Origin: Candidatus Marinacidobacterales bacterium
Lineage (GTDB): Bacteria; Acidobacteriota; Vicinamibacteria; Marinacidobacterales; SMYC01
Assembly: GCA_965224085.1 (NCBI GenBank)
Contig: CBDCYI010000004.1
Location: 1,600,001 to 1,664,000, forward strand
DNA: 64,000 bases
Direction of reading: 5' to 3'
The notes below the pieces were generated by a model. The model did no database searches, was not told the DNA's origin, and was given only the letters and a program-made list of their open reading frames with translations. Made by a program: the position numbers and the translations under genes. Shown here piece after piece: positions 29,370 through 39,642 of the stretch. Position 1 is the first letter of the stretch; every line of letters begins with the position of its first letter.

Positions 29370-29823
29370 CGGTTTTTGGGCTTTTTCTTCCGCGACGGCT
29401 CCGTTGGGTCGGCGCCGTCTCGCGGTGCGCCCGTGCCCGACGAGCCCAGGAAGAGCTTCCGCCCGTCCGGGAACGTCACGTTGCGCCCGTTGGCCCGATG
29501 AGAGCGATCCTTGCTTTGATAGCCGTCGACGATGATCACCGTGCCCGGCTTTAGCGAGTCCTTTGTGACGCCGCGTCTCAAGAGCGTGTTGGGCGTGCCG
29601 CCTTCGACCATCCACGACTCCGTCGTGCCGTCTTCGTTCTCAACGTTATATGGGTGCTGAGGTCGTAATGAGCCTCGTTGAGCGCCTGCCAAATTCCGTT
29701 CAAATCGGGATGTCCGTCCGTGGCGCGGGGCGAGGCGTAGTCGGGTCGGTCCTGTCCCGTTTCAGGCGCGGCGGGAGCACTCGCGGCGAGGGCGGCCAAG
29801 GCAACCCTGATCAACAAAGGCAT
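29366..29823 (-). pseudogene. Chimera of a secreted-protein N-terminus and a DUF6152-like C-terminus
   Basis: Signal peptide plus PRATDGHPDLNGIWQA, joined at about 29650 to VENEDG..WMVEGGTPNTLLRRG..LKPG. Confidence 0.65.
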
Positions 29824-29927
29824 CGGTCCTCCTGAATCGCTGTGATTCGGAAGTCGGCTACTCTGGCATCAGAGCGGCCGGGGGTCAAGGTGCTCCGTTT
29901 GTCGGCCGCGCTAGGCTAGACTGAAGC

Positions 29928-30203
29928 ATGGCTCAGTTGGTGTTGGTTGCGGCCTTCGTAGCCTTTGTCGTCTGGCTCTTTTCGACATCATTCATTTTTC
30001 GAATCGAGTTCAAAGGCGGAGACATCCGGTCGGTACGCGGCAAGGCGCCCGGGCCGCTCCGACGCGGCTTCGAAGAGGTCGCCCGTCATGCGGGCATCAC
30101 CGGTACGGTGTCGTTATATCCCGGCCGGATCTTGAAATTCTCACGCAGCGTTCCCGCGGACGATCGTCAGCGTTTTCACAACGTACTGTCCTCCCTTCCT
30201 TGA
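29928..30203 (+). CDS. DUF3634-like small membrane protein
   Basis: N-terminal transmembrane segment; C-terminal LKFSRSVP..RQRFHNV. Confidence 0.65.
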   Translation: MAQLVLVAAFVAFVVWLFSTSFIFRIEFKGGDIRSVRGKAPGPLRRGFEEVARHAGITGTVSLYPGRILKFSRSVPADDRQRFHNVLSSLP

Positions 30204-30267
30204 CGTCACTCCGCGCGCTCGTAGACTTCGATCACAGGGTTTACCTTCGCCATGTTCCCGAGGATGT

Positions 30268-31065
30268 AGCAACGACGGCTTCACCCAAGTCGTCGCGGAG
30301 ATTTCCGGCTACCCTCAAGGATCGGTAGGGGCTAGCGGAACGACGACGTGGGAGGTGACTCCGGCGCTCGAATCGGGGCGCTATTTCTGGCGTGCGCGCG
30401 CGACCGGAGCGCAAGGGCCAGGACCCTTTTCGCCCGTTTCGGATGTCTTCATCGGATCGAACCCGAGCCCGAGCCCGCCCGGGCCGTCGGGCCCGTCGGA
30501 GATTTCCGATCCGCTCACGAACGGGGTCTCGGTCGGCCAAGTCTCAGGTGGTAGGTTCACCGGCTCGGGCTGGCAAGTGATCCATCGCGGAAACTACATC
30601 CGATACATCGTACCGACGATTCAGAGCGGTTTCGTAGAATGGGAGAACCGCAATCTGACGCCGCTCAATCCAGAGCGCGATGCTTTTTCGCTCCTAGCCA
30701 TGTGGGATCCGTCGCGGGGCGCCTATCGCGAAAACCCGTTCCGGGTGCATATTCGTAAGCTCGACACCCAAGGCCACAACTCGCCTTATGTCCGGATGCG
30801 TTTCATTTCGAACGGCGATCAGCACGACGTGGGCTGGGATTTTCTGGACTGGAATCCGAGCCACACCTATCGCTGGCGCGTCGAGTGGGGCCCCGGTGGC
30901 GGCGGCAACCAGGCCCGGGTGTTTCTGGACGGGCGCGTCATCATGCGCACCAACTACGGCCCGAACTACTCCCCGAGAGACCACTGGATCGAGCTCGGTG
31001 TCGAAGAGCGCGCGGAGAGCATCGTGGGCGTCGTTTACCGGAACGTCCGGATCGGGCGTCGCTGA
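30268..31065 (+). pseudogene. 5'-truncated secreted beta-sandwich protein
   Basis: Frame is open from about 30268 (DGFTQVVA..YFWRARA, Pro-rich linker); no start codon with a signal peptide. Confidence 0.55.
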
Positions 31066-31068
31066 TCT

Positions 31069-32037
31069 TCAGGGCGAGACTTCGTTCCGCTTCTCGAGGT
31101 CGATGTGGCGGACCGAGTCGCCCCAAGCAGCAGGCGCTGTGATCACGAAAGCCGTATCGGGAAGATCGCGGTTGATCATGATGCCGTGGGATCTCACGTT
31201 CACGACGAGCGCGTAGTCGTCGTAAGGACGCTCGATGCGGACGCGAGAGGCGAATCGGTGGCCGTCGTCGCCTCGAGGCGGCAAGTAATCTGCGTAATCG
31301 ATATCAGCGACGAGGCGCCCGTCCGCGTCGTAGACCTGCTGGCGTTTCACCAGGAGCTCTGAGGAGCGGTCGAACCAATAGCGAGCTCGCGGCGCGTTCT
31401 CACCCAGGCGGACGGCCGTGACCACGTAATAGCTCTTCTTGACTTGGCTGTTCTTCTTGGCCCCAGGGCGGCGATCTGCCTCGACGACGTGCTCTTCTTG
31501 AAGGAATGCGACCGTGTAGGGATCGTTGATGGGGATGGGGGAGAGAAGGAACGCATCTGTGAAGTGCTGTGGCCGGATGTTGACGATAGGGCCCGCTTTC
31601 TTGAGCTCCGGGTCCTGGTTGAGCTTTTTGACCTCTTCGCCATAGCTCGCATCGTTGTGTCCCTCGATCAGAGCCCGGTAGTCGGGGTGATAGATCAAGA
31701 GCTGGAAACGCTCGCCGTCCGACGCCATCTCCGCGATATTGGCGCTCAGGATCGGGGCCTCGATGTTCAGCCGGATACGGCTCGGCCGCTCTAGAAGGAG
31801 GCGCCCCTGTGCGGTGCGGTATTGACGGCCTTCGCCCTCCTCCGCCTTTTCTACTGTCTCGAACTGCAAATCGACCCGGAGCACGAGCGAGTCGATCTTG
31901 CGCCACTCGTTGATGTGCGCGACGAGCTGGTCGAGCGTCGCGTTCTCCGTCGGCGCCAAGAACGGCACGACGTCGACCGTGCGCGAGACGCACCCGCTTA
32001 GCCCTACCGTGAGCAAGAGGACTCCGAACGGTTTCAC
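31069..32037 (-). CDS. Lipoprotein, possibly LolA/LolB-like fold
   Basis: Lipobox LSGC after GTG 32037; beta-rich sequence. Confidence 0.6.
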   Translation of the reverse strand: MKPFGVLLLTVGLSGCVSRTVDVVPFLAPTENATLDQLVAHINEWRKIDSLVLRVDLQFETVEKAEEGEGRQYRTAQGRLLLERPSRIRLNIEAPILSANIAEMASDGERFQLLIYHPDYRALIEGHNDASYGEEVKKLNQDPELKKAGPIVNIRPQHFTDAFLLSPIPINDPYTVAFLQEEHVVEADRRPGAKKNSQVKKSYYVVTAVRLGENAPRARYWFDRSSELLVKRQQVYDADGRLVADIDYADYLPPRGDDGHRFASRVRIERPYDDYALVVNVRSHGIMINRDLPDTAFVITAPAAWGDSVRHIDLEKRNEVSP

Positions 32038-32078
32038 AACGCCTGATCGTACACCGTCGGGCGTGCGCTTGGGTTTGC

Positions 32079-34364
32079 TCAATGCAGCAGGTCGAATTGA
32101 TAGTTGTATTTCACGATGAAGCTTCGATTCTGCGGTCCGAAGCGCTCGTTCCCCAAACCGTTGGCGTTGTTGTAGACGATGAACAAACCCGTTCCCGCTG
32201 TGTTGAGCCAGCTGAAGCGGATGTTCGACGTCCACAAGTCGAGGTTGTCGTTATATTGGACGAACGCTTGCAGGTAGATGAGCGGGGAAAAGTTGTAGCT
32301 GATGCGGAACTGGCCGAGATTGGTGATGAAGCTTCCTTCGACGAGATCGACGTCGTTGTAGGACCATGTCGCTGACGTGATGATCTTCGCCTTATAGCGG
32401 TAGTTGATCGTGGTACCGACGGTGGTCTTGCTACCCGAGAGAAAACCGCCATTCTCCAGGTTGCCTGAATAAGACAGAGGCGCCGCCTGGTTCGTGTTCC
32501 ACCGCCATGCTATTTCCCAGTTTTGATACGTTCCCGGCTGCACGATAATCCCGTCGGCGATCTCGAAAGACTCTTTCAATCCTTCCACCGGTCGATTGAC
32601 GGCGGGGCTGAAAAAAGCGCCGTTCTCGAAATCGATATGGGAATCGATGTGGAGATCTTCGGTCTCCTTGAAGCCGTCGAGGTTCCAGAAGCCACTATAA
32701 GTGATGTGAGGTCGGAACTCTCGCAACCATGGGACGTTGGGGCGTACGTTCATGAAAACCCCAGTGTTGAGACTGCGGTAGTCGTCGCGACGCAGAAAAC
32801 CCACCTCGGGGTTGAAGTTCTCGCCGACTTCTGCGAATCCCAGCCAGACGCGGCCTCTCTTCACCTGATATTCGGCACGAGCGTTAACGGCATGCTCGCC
32901 GCCTTCGAGGCCCGGTGTTTGGGTGCGCGCGGCAAAGCCGGTTAATGTAAAGGCCTCTCCGATGCCGAGTTTACCGTCTAGGCCGAAAGTCCGGTTCCAG
33001 TCGTTCTCGCCCGCCAAGTCTCCGGTCGCGGTTCGGTTGACGAACAAGGCGCCGATGCGGGAGCGGTTCGGGAATTCTCGGATCAAGCTCGCGACGGTGT
33101 AGTTGTTGGCCACCGCGACCCCGGCTTTGTCCTGAGTTTGCATGTTCATGACGCCAACGTCGAAATCTCGGAGCTTGCCGCTCAAGCGGGCGCCGCCCAG
33201 GATCGGCACGATCTCGCCCTCGTCACTGATGCCGATGCGGCGGCTGAAGAACAGCTCCACCGCCTGGGACTGGCCCATCGTGAAGTTCCCAGCGTTTTCG
33301 AGAAAGAAGGGCCGCTTTTCCGGGAAGAACAAGTTGAAGCGGGTTAAGTTGACCTGTTGCGCGTCGACTTCGACTTGGGCGAAGTCGGTGTTGTAGGTGA
33401 GGTCGAGATTCAAAGCCGGCGTAACGCCCAATTTGGCGTCCACGCCCCACTCGGCATCTTTGTTCGCGGATTCGTTGACGGTATAGTCGCGATCGCCCGC
33501 GCCCAAGGCATAGGGCGTCACTTTGAAGTTCCGTGGCGTCGACAGCTCGAGACCTTCGAGAACGCCCGCGGAGGACACGCGGTTGAGGTTGAAGATGCGC
33601 GAGACCGGCGACCAGTACGCGATTTCGCGTTTGCGGCGCACGTTTCTTTGGAAGTTCAAGCCCCAGGTCTGAGGTTTCTCGGACTCATAGCGTAGCGTGC
33701 GCAGGGGGATGGCGAACTCGGCCGACCAGCCGTAGTCGCCGCGCGCGGTCGCGACGGCGAAGCTCGTATCCCAGTTCAAGTTGAATCCAGCGCCGGCGCC
33801 GCCCTGGGAGCGCCGCCCGCTGCCCCGACCAGGGCCTCCGCCCCCGCCCTGGCCTTCGTTCGTCACTTGGGCGTCGTACTCGATGCCGGCCGGGTTGGTG
33901 CCGAAGATGAATCCATTCTGCTTGTCGTGATAGGTGTCGAAGATGATGCGGAATGAATCCGTGTCGTCGAGATTCGAATCGCGGCGTGCGTCCGTTACGA
34001 TGATCTGATTCGGCTCCGAATCGAAGCAGATGACGCTGATGTAAATGTTCCGGTCGTCGTAGAGGATCCGGACTTCGGTTTTCTCCGTGGCCGGTTGTCC
34101 TTCGTAGCGCTCCGCCTGGACGAAATCGGTGATGACCGTGGCTTTTTGCCAGAGATCGTCGTCGACCCGTCCATTGATGACGGGAGCTTCCTCGGTCTTG
34201 GCCGCTTCCGCGACCCGTGTCGTCGCCACGAGAGCCTCGCTGCCTAGGACGAGAGCACCGTGGCACGCCACGAACGTCAAAATGAGAAGAGTCGCTTGGA
34301 GCTTCCTCTTCGGCGCAGTCTTACACATGGTCACCAATCTAAACAGTGAGACCCGGAAAAGCAA
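32079..34364 (-). CDS. CBM9-like / DUF5916 outer membrane protein
   Basis: APVINGRVDD..WSAEFAIP..NTDFAQVEVD..FFPEKRPFFLE. Confidence 0.82.
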   Translation of the reverse strand: MLFRVSLFRLVTMCKTAPKRKLQATLLILTFVACHGALVLGSEALVATTRVAEAAKTEEAPVINGRVDDDLWQKATVITDFVQAERYEGQPATEKTEVRILYDDRNIYISVICFDSEPNQIIVTDARRDSNLDDTDSFRIIFDTYHDKQNGFIFGTNPAGIEYDAQVTNEGQGGGGGPGRGSGRRSQGGAGAGFNLNWDTSFAVATARGDYGWSAEFAIPLRTLRYESEKPQTWGLNFQRNVRRKREIAYWSPVSRIFNLNRVSSAGVLEGLELSTPRNFKVTPYALGAGDRDYTVNESANKDAEWGVDAKLGVTPALNLDLTYNTDFAQVEVDAQQVNLTRFNLFFPEKRPFFLENAGNFTMGQSQAVELFFSRRIGISDEGEIVPILGGARLSGKLRDFDVGVMNMQTQDKAGVAVANNYTVASLIREFPNRSRIGALFVNRTATGDLAGENDWNRTFGLDGKLGIGEAFTLTGFAARTQTPGLEGGEHAVNARAEYQVKRGRVWLGFAEVGENFNPEVGFLRRDDYRSLNTGVFMNVRPNVPWLREFRPHITYSGFWNLDGFKETEDLHIDSHIDFENGAFFSPAVNRPVEGLKESFEIADGIIVQPGTYQNWEIAWRWNTNQAAPLSYSGNLENGGFLSGSKTTVGTTINYRYKAKIITSATWSYNDVDLVEGSFITNLGQFRISYNFSPLIYLQAFVQYNDNLDLWTSNIRFSWLNTAGTGLFIVYNNANGLGNERFGPQNRSFIVKYNYQFDLLH

Positions 34365-34394
34365 TTATTCGGTAAGCCTATATGGTTCAGGTAT

Positions 34395-35366
34395 TTATGC
34401 GCGCAGGAGCTGCGCGGCTTCTTTAGCGAAATAGGTGAGGATCATGTCGGCGCCTGCGCGTTTAATCGACGTCAAAGCTTCGAGGACGGCTTTGTCGCGA
34501 TCGATCCACCCGCGCTCGGCCGCTGCGATAATCATCCCGTATTCGCCCGAAACGTTATAGGCTGCGATGGGGACGTCGAATTGGGCGCGCACGCGCGCGA
34601 TCACGTCCAGATAGGGAAGCGCCGGCTTGACCATCACAACGTCGGCGCCTTCTTCGATGTCTAGAGCGATCTCGCGCATCGCTTCGCGCTGATTGGCGGG
34701 GTCCATCTGGTACGTCTTCTTGTCGCCTTTGCGCGGCGCGGAGTCGAGAGCGCCGCGGAACGGCCCGTAGAAGCACGAGGCATATTTGGCGGAATAGGCC
34801 AGGATCCCGACCTCCGGGTTGCCCGCCTCGTCGAGAGCGTCGCGGATCGCTCCAACGCGTCCGTCCATCATGTCCGACGGGGCGACCCAGTCGACGCCTG
34901 CCTCTGCATGCGCCACCGCCATCCGGCAGAGGACGTCGACCGTCTCGTCATTCGCGACTTCGCCGTCAATGACGAGCCCGTCGTGACCGTGGACGGAATA
35001 GGGATCAAGCGCGATATCGGTTTGGACGCAGATATCGGGGAGCGCTTTTTTCAGCGCGCGGACCGCCTGCGGGATGACACCTTCCGGGTTGTAGGCTTCG
35101 CTCGCACCGTCGTCCTTCTTCGTCGAATAGCCGAAGAGGTTGACGGCCCGGACGCCCAGCTCCCAGAGCTCCTCGGATTCGCGCACGAGCTCGTCGCTCG
35201 AAAGTCGAAACTGCCCGGGCATCGTCTCGATAGGTTCTCGGAGCCCGCGGCCTTCCTTGATGAAGAGCGGTGCAATGAGCTCTCCCGCGCCGAGCTCGGT
35301 CTCTCGCACGAGGGTGCGGATGGGCTCGCTGCGGCGGAGCCTGCGAGGTCGGTGTACCAAATCCAT
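34395..35366 (-). CDS. hemB: Porphobilinogen synthase
   Basis: RPRRLR, APSDMMDGR, VMVKP and YNVSGEY motifs. Confidence 0.97.
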   Translation of the reverse strand: MDLVHRPRRLRRSEPIRTLVRETELGAGELIAPLFIKEGRGLREPIETMPGQFRLSSDELVRESEELWELGVRAVNLFGYSTKKDDGASEAYNPEGVIPQAVRALKKALPDICVQTDIALDPYSVHGHDGLVIDGEVANDETVDVLCRMAVAHAEAGVDWVAPSDMMDGRVGAIRDALDEAGNPEVGILAYSAKYASCFYGPFRGALDSAPRKGDKKTYQMDPANQREAMREIALDIEEGADVVMVKPALPYLDVIARVRAQFDVPIAAYNVSGEYGMIIAAAERGWIDRDKAVLEALTSIKRAGADMILTYFAKEAAQLLRA

Positions 35367-35413
35367 ATTGAGCAGGTTGTATCAGAAATAGATGCGGCCT
35401 CACAAGATGCGCT

Positions 35414-36082
35414 ATGCTCCCGCCCGTGACCAAGGATCAAGTGCTTTTCACCGAGCTGCTCGCTCGAAACGATGTGATCCGCTTCGGGGAATTCACGTTG
35501 AAATCCGGCCGTCTATCGCCGTATTTCATCAACGCTGGCCAGTTGCGAACAGGGAGCGCGATTGCCGGTCTTGGCCGCGCTTATGCGGCGCGCATCCTCG
35601 ACAGGAAGCTGCCTTGCGATTTCATTTTCGGCCCCTCTTACAAAGGTGTACCGCTTGCGGTCGCGACGGCAGTAGCGCTTGCCGAGCGCGGACGGGATCT
35701 CGGCTTCGCTTTCGATCGCAAGGAAGTGAAGGACCATGGTGAGGGCGGCCGCTTCGTCGGCACGCAGCCGGAAAGCGGCATGCGCGCGGTCGTTGTGGAC
35801 GACGTGATCACATCGGGCGCCTCGATCCGCTATTCAGTCGAGCTTCTGAGAGAAGCATCGGTGGAGGTCACCGGAGCGGTCATCGCTGTGGATCGCGAGG
35901 AAAGAGGCTCGGGAACGAGAACGACACTGTCCGAGCTCGAAGAGAGCTTGAAGATCCCTGTGCTCCCAATCATCACGGTGAGCGAAATGGTCGAGCACCT
36001 TCACACAAGCGGAAGCTTGAGCGCGGAAATGAAGGCCCGGATCGAAGACTACGTGCGGGAGCACGGAGCGGAGGCGGGTTGA
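35414..36082 (+). CDS. pyrE: Orotate phosphoribosyltransferase
   Basis: FTLKSGRLSPYF, RKEVKDHGEGG and VVDDVITSG motifs. Confidence 0.96.
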   Translation: MLPPVTKDQVLFTELLARNDVIRFGEFTLKSGRLSPYFINAGQLRTGSAIAGLGRAYAARILDRKLPCDFIFGPSYKGVPLAVATAVALAERGRDLGFAFDRKEVKDHGEGGRFVGTQPESGMRAVVVDDVITSGASIRYSVELLREASVEVTGAVIAVDREERGSGTRTTLSELEESLKIPVLPIITVSEMVEHLHTSGSLSAEMKARIEDYVREHGAEAG

Positions 36083-37443
36083 TGGGCGCAGGCCGCATCC
36101 TGGTTGTTGGAGGCAATGCTGCTGGGATGACGGGCGCTTCCCGTGCGAAGCGGCTCGCCCCCGGCTTGGATATTACCGTGCTCGAGGCAGGCGCGCGCAT
36201 CGCGTACAGTATTTGCGGTCTTCCTTATTACTTGGAAGGACGTGTTGCCGATATTCGCGAGCTCGAGCTGTTCACTCCCGAGACACTCCGAAACGAACGA
36301 GGGATCGAAGCTCGGGTTCGAACGCGGGTGGTCGCGATCTCGCCGACGCAACGCAAGATTGAGGTCGAGGACCTAGGCTCGGGAAGTCGCGAGACGCTCG
36401 GATACGACAAGTTGCTCGTGGCGACGGGGTACCGGCCGAGAAGGCCGGACATCGAAGGTGTCGGCCTCGAGGGGGTGTTCACGGCAAGCCGGCTCGCGGA
36501 TGGCGAAGCCATAGGGTCCTGGCTCGACGAGCGGAAGCCGCGCCGCGCGGTTCTCGTCGGGGGCGGCTATGTCGGCCTCGAGATGGCAGAGGCGCTATCG
36601 AAACGCGGACTCGAAGTCACGCTCGTGGACGCGGCGCCGCAATTGTTCGCCGCTCTCGACCCGGATATGGCTCAGCGTGTCGAGGATGCGCTATTGCGCC
36701 ACGGTGTCCGCGTCCTGACGGGCCGAAGAGTGCGGCGCCTCGAAGGGAACCGTAGCGGTTGGGTCAAGGTGGTCGAGCTCGCGAAAGGCGCGCTGCGCAT
36801 CCCGGCAGAGCTCGTATTCGTGGATATAGGGGTGGCGCCCGACGTGGAGCTCGCTTCTGAGGCGGGCATCGAGATCGGCCAGAGCGGCGCCGTTGCCGTC
36901 AACGAGCGGATGGAGACGAACTTCGCTGGGATCTACGCGGCGGGGAATTGCGCCGAGACGCTGCACCTGGTGAGCGGCCGGCCGACGACCATCCCGCTCG
37001 GAACCGTCGCCGCCAAACAAGGACGTGTGGCGGGAGAAAATATCGCCGGCCACCGGAGCCGTTTTCGAGGCGCCGTGGGAACGAGTGTCGTCAAGGTGTT
37101 CGGCGTCGCCGCCGCGCGTACGGGGTTGAGCTCGGCGGAAGCCGTCGCGGCAGGTTTCGCTGTGGCGGAGGCGACGATCGAAGGCACCTTTCGGGCGCGC
37201 TATTTCGGCGACGCTAAAGCAACGGTGAAAGTCATTGCGGACCGAGGCTCAGGCCGGCTTCTAGGGGCTCAAATCGTGGGGAGCGACGAGGCCGCTCTGC
37301 GCATAGATGTCGCGGCGACCGCTTTGACCGCCAAGATGACGGTCCACGACGCGTCCCAGCTCGACCTCGGCTACGTTCCGCCCCTCGGCGCTTTGTGGAA
37401 TCCGTTCTTGGTGGCGCTAAACACGCTCACGCGCGAGCTCTAG
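36079..37443 (+). CDS. CoA-disulfide reductase / NADH oxidase family flavoprotein
   Basis: GGNAAG, redox Cys in SICGLPY, GGGYVGLE. Confidence 0.9.
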   Translation: MMGAGRILVVGGNAAGMTGASRAKRLAPGLDITVLEAGARIAYSICGLPYYLEGRVADIRELELFTPETLRNERGIEARVRTRVVAISPTQRKIEVEDLGSGSRETLGYDKLLVATGYRPRRPDIEGVGLEGVFTASRLADGEAIGSWLDERKPRRAVLVGGGYVGLEMAEALSKRGLEVTLVDAAPQLFAALDPDMAQRVEDALLRHGVRVLTGRRVRRLEGNRSGWVKVVELAKGALRIPAELVFVDIGVAPDVELASEAGIEIGQSGAVAVNERMETNFAGIYAAGNCAETLHLVSGRPTTIPLGTVAAKQGRVAGENIAGHRSRFRGAVGTSVVKVFGVAAARTGLSSAEAVAAGFAVAEATIEGTFRARYFGDAKATVKVIADRGSGRLLGAQIVGSDEAALRIDVAATALTAKMTVHDASQLDLGYVPPLGALWNPFLVALNTLTREL

Positions 37444-37508
37444 TCCCCTGTATAGTGGTTGGTTACGACGGACGAGGTAGGGCCGAGCTGGGTAAAGACG
37501 CGTTCGGG

Positions 37509-38033
37509 CTAACGTGCCATCGTGGCCGACGTGCTCGACTCCGTCGGTGGGAACTCGCGCACATCATCTTCCTGAGGCAAAGTGTGACGGTTGATGGGCG
37601 CTGAGAGCACGACCGACGTCTTCGTCGAAGCCGTGCCGGGGATGCTCTTGATGCGCTGCAGCACCTTCTCGAGCGTCTTGGGCGTGCGCGTCAGCGCTTG
37701 TGCGATGTACGCCTCTTCGCCAGCGACACTGAAACATTGCTGGATCTCGGAGATCTCCGCGAGATAGCTCTCGTAATCCTGGGACGATACGCCTGCGTCT
37801 GTCGTAATGCGCACCATCGCGATGATGTTGTATCCGAGAGACGCCGGATTGATGTTCGCGGTATAGCCTTCGATGACCCCGCTGCGCTCGAGCTTTTTGA
37901 CACGGTCGTGCACCGTCGGTGCCGTTAGGCCGACTTGTGCCGCGAGCTCGGCAAAGGTGCTCCGGCCTTTGGATAGCAATGCCGACAGAATTTTCTTGTC
38001 GGTGAAATCGATGGAACCATTCAGGAAGGTCAC
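37509..38033 (-). CDS. Lrp/AsnC family regulator
   Basis: DKKILSALLSKGRSTFAELAAQVGLTAPTVHDRVKKLERSGVIEGY. Confidence 0.92.
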   Translation of the reverse strand: MTFLNGSIDFTDKKILSALLSKGRSTFAELAAQVGLTAPTVHDRVKKLERSGVIEGYTANINPASLGYNIIAMVRITTDAGVSSQDYESYLAEISEIQQCFSVAGEEAYIAQALTRTPKTLEKVLQRIKSIPGTASTKTSVVLSAPINRHTLPQEDDVREFPPTESSTSATMAR

Positions 38034-38164
38034 GGGGTCACTCTCTCGCGTCGAAGTGTCGCCAATCCTAGCGAGTCGGATTCGAAAAATCAACCCGAGC
38101 AATAGAAGTGGAGTCTGCGATCGTTCCGAGTCATAGTTGTCTTTGCGCTCGTTTTGTGATGTAG

Positions 38165-38793
38165 GTGTTTTCACGGAGGTGGGCTTTGTTGAAGCGCTGG
38201 ATCTTCTTGTGGTCGCTCGTCGGCACGGCTTCGATGCCGGATGCGCAAGATGTACGTGAGCCGACGACGAGCATCTTGGTGGCTTACGATACGCGCACGG
38301 GTCATACAGAGCGCATGGCGCGCGCGATCGTCGAAGGTATCGTGTTGGTCGAGGGCGCTCAGGCCGTACTGCGCGCGCAGGACGACGTGAGCGATGAAGA
38401 GATCGTGGTCGCCGCCGGCATTCTCGTCGGCTCACCGGTCCACTGGGGAATTTGTCGGCCGATACGAAAGTGTTTCTCGATCGTGTCGCGAATCTGCTCG
38501 TCGCGCGGAAGGAGCTCGGCCGTGATGCAACGCCGCACCACCGATCGGCCGGAGCTTTCGTGACTGGCGGCAGTGTTTCCTCCGGAAAAGAACTCGCTCG
38601 GATCGCGATTTTGACCGCATTCGTCAACATGCGCTTCGTCATCGTGGGCGCGGTGGACGCCGACGGCTTCGGAACGCTCGGTGCACAAGCGACGACGGGA
38701 GAGGCCGACCCGGGTTTGAGCGAGCAAGAGCTAGATGAAGCACGAAGCTTCGGAAAAAGATTCGCCGAGGTGACGAGGCGCCTTACCCGCTGA
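38165..38793 (+). CDS. WrbA-like flavodoxin, frameshifted near 38448
   Basis: YDTRTGHTERMA..GSPVHWG, then in a new frame LSADTKVFLD..GAFVTGG. One extra G restores the frame. Confidence 0.8.
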
Positions 38794-38880
38794 GTGCCTG
38801 CGCACCTCTCCTCCCATCCCCGCCTCCTTTCCTCATACACCGAGCGATCCCCGTCGGATTGCTATAATTCCGCGGGCAGC

Positions 38881-39642
38881 ATGGTTTCTACACGCGAGTA
38901 TCTCGACTTCGCTATCGACACGGCTTTTCAGGCGGGCCGATTCACGTTGGCTCATTTTCAAACCGGCGTCACCGTGGATCGCAAGGCGGACCGGTCGCCG
39001 GTGACGGTGGCCGACCGGGGCGGGGAAGAGCTAATCCGCAAGCTCATCGCGAAGCGCTTTTCCGATCATTGTATTTTGGGCGAAGAAATGGGCATGTCCG
39101 AGATCGATTCGAAACACCGCTGGATCATCGATCCGATTGACGGGACGGAGTCCTTCATCCGCGGCGTGCCGCTTTACGGCGTTCTCGTCGGTCTCGAGAT
39201 CGAAAGCGAGATGGTCGTCGGGGTCTGTTATTTGCCGGCACTCGACGAGATGATCGCGGCGGGGCGCGGGGAAGGCTGCTGGTGGAACGGTCGCGAGGCT
39301 CGGGTCTCATCGGTGGCGAGCCTCGAAGAGTCGCTCGTAAGCTTGACCGAGCCCGGAAGCCTCGACGCCGAGCATCGGGCTTTCTGGGAGCGGCTCAAGG
39401 CATCGTCGCGCGTCATCCGAGGCTATAGCGATTGCTATGGCCATTGTCTCGTCGCTACGGGGCGGTGCGAAGTCATGCTCGATCCGGTCATGAACCCTTG
39501 GGATAGCGCGCCCTTTTTGCCGATTCTCGAAGAAGCGGGCGGTACGTTCACCGACTGGAGCGGAAACGCGACCATCTATGGGGGAAGTGCCATCAGCACA
39601 AATGGGTTTGTCTATCCTGAGCTCGAGGAGCTGTTGGCATGA
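38881..39642 (+). CDS. hisN: Histidinol-phosphatase, inositol monophosphatase family
   Basis: KADRSPVTVAD, WIIDPIDGT and WDSAP..EEAGG motifs. Confidence 0.8.
   Translation: MVSTREYLDFAIDTAFQAGRFTLAHFQTGVTVDRKADRSPVTVADRGGEELIRKLIAKRFSDHCILGEEMGMSEIDSKHRWIIDPIDGTESFIRGVPLYGVLVGLEIESEMVVGVCYLPALDEMIAAGRGEGCWWNGREARVSSVASLEESLVSLTEPGSLDAEHRAFWERLKASSRVIRGYSDCYGHCLVATGRCEVMLDPVMNPWDSAPFLPILEEAGGTFTDWSGNATIYGGSAISTNGFVYPELEELLA

Noticed and set aside
38034-38840. 443-aa version of the Lrp ORF
   Set aside because: The extension is antisense to the flavodoxin gene; the Lrp HTH begins near 38033.
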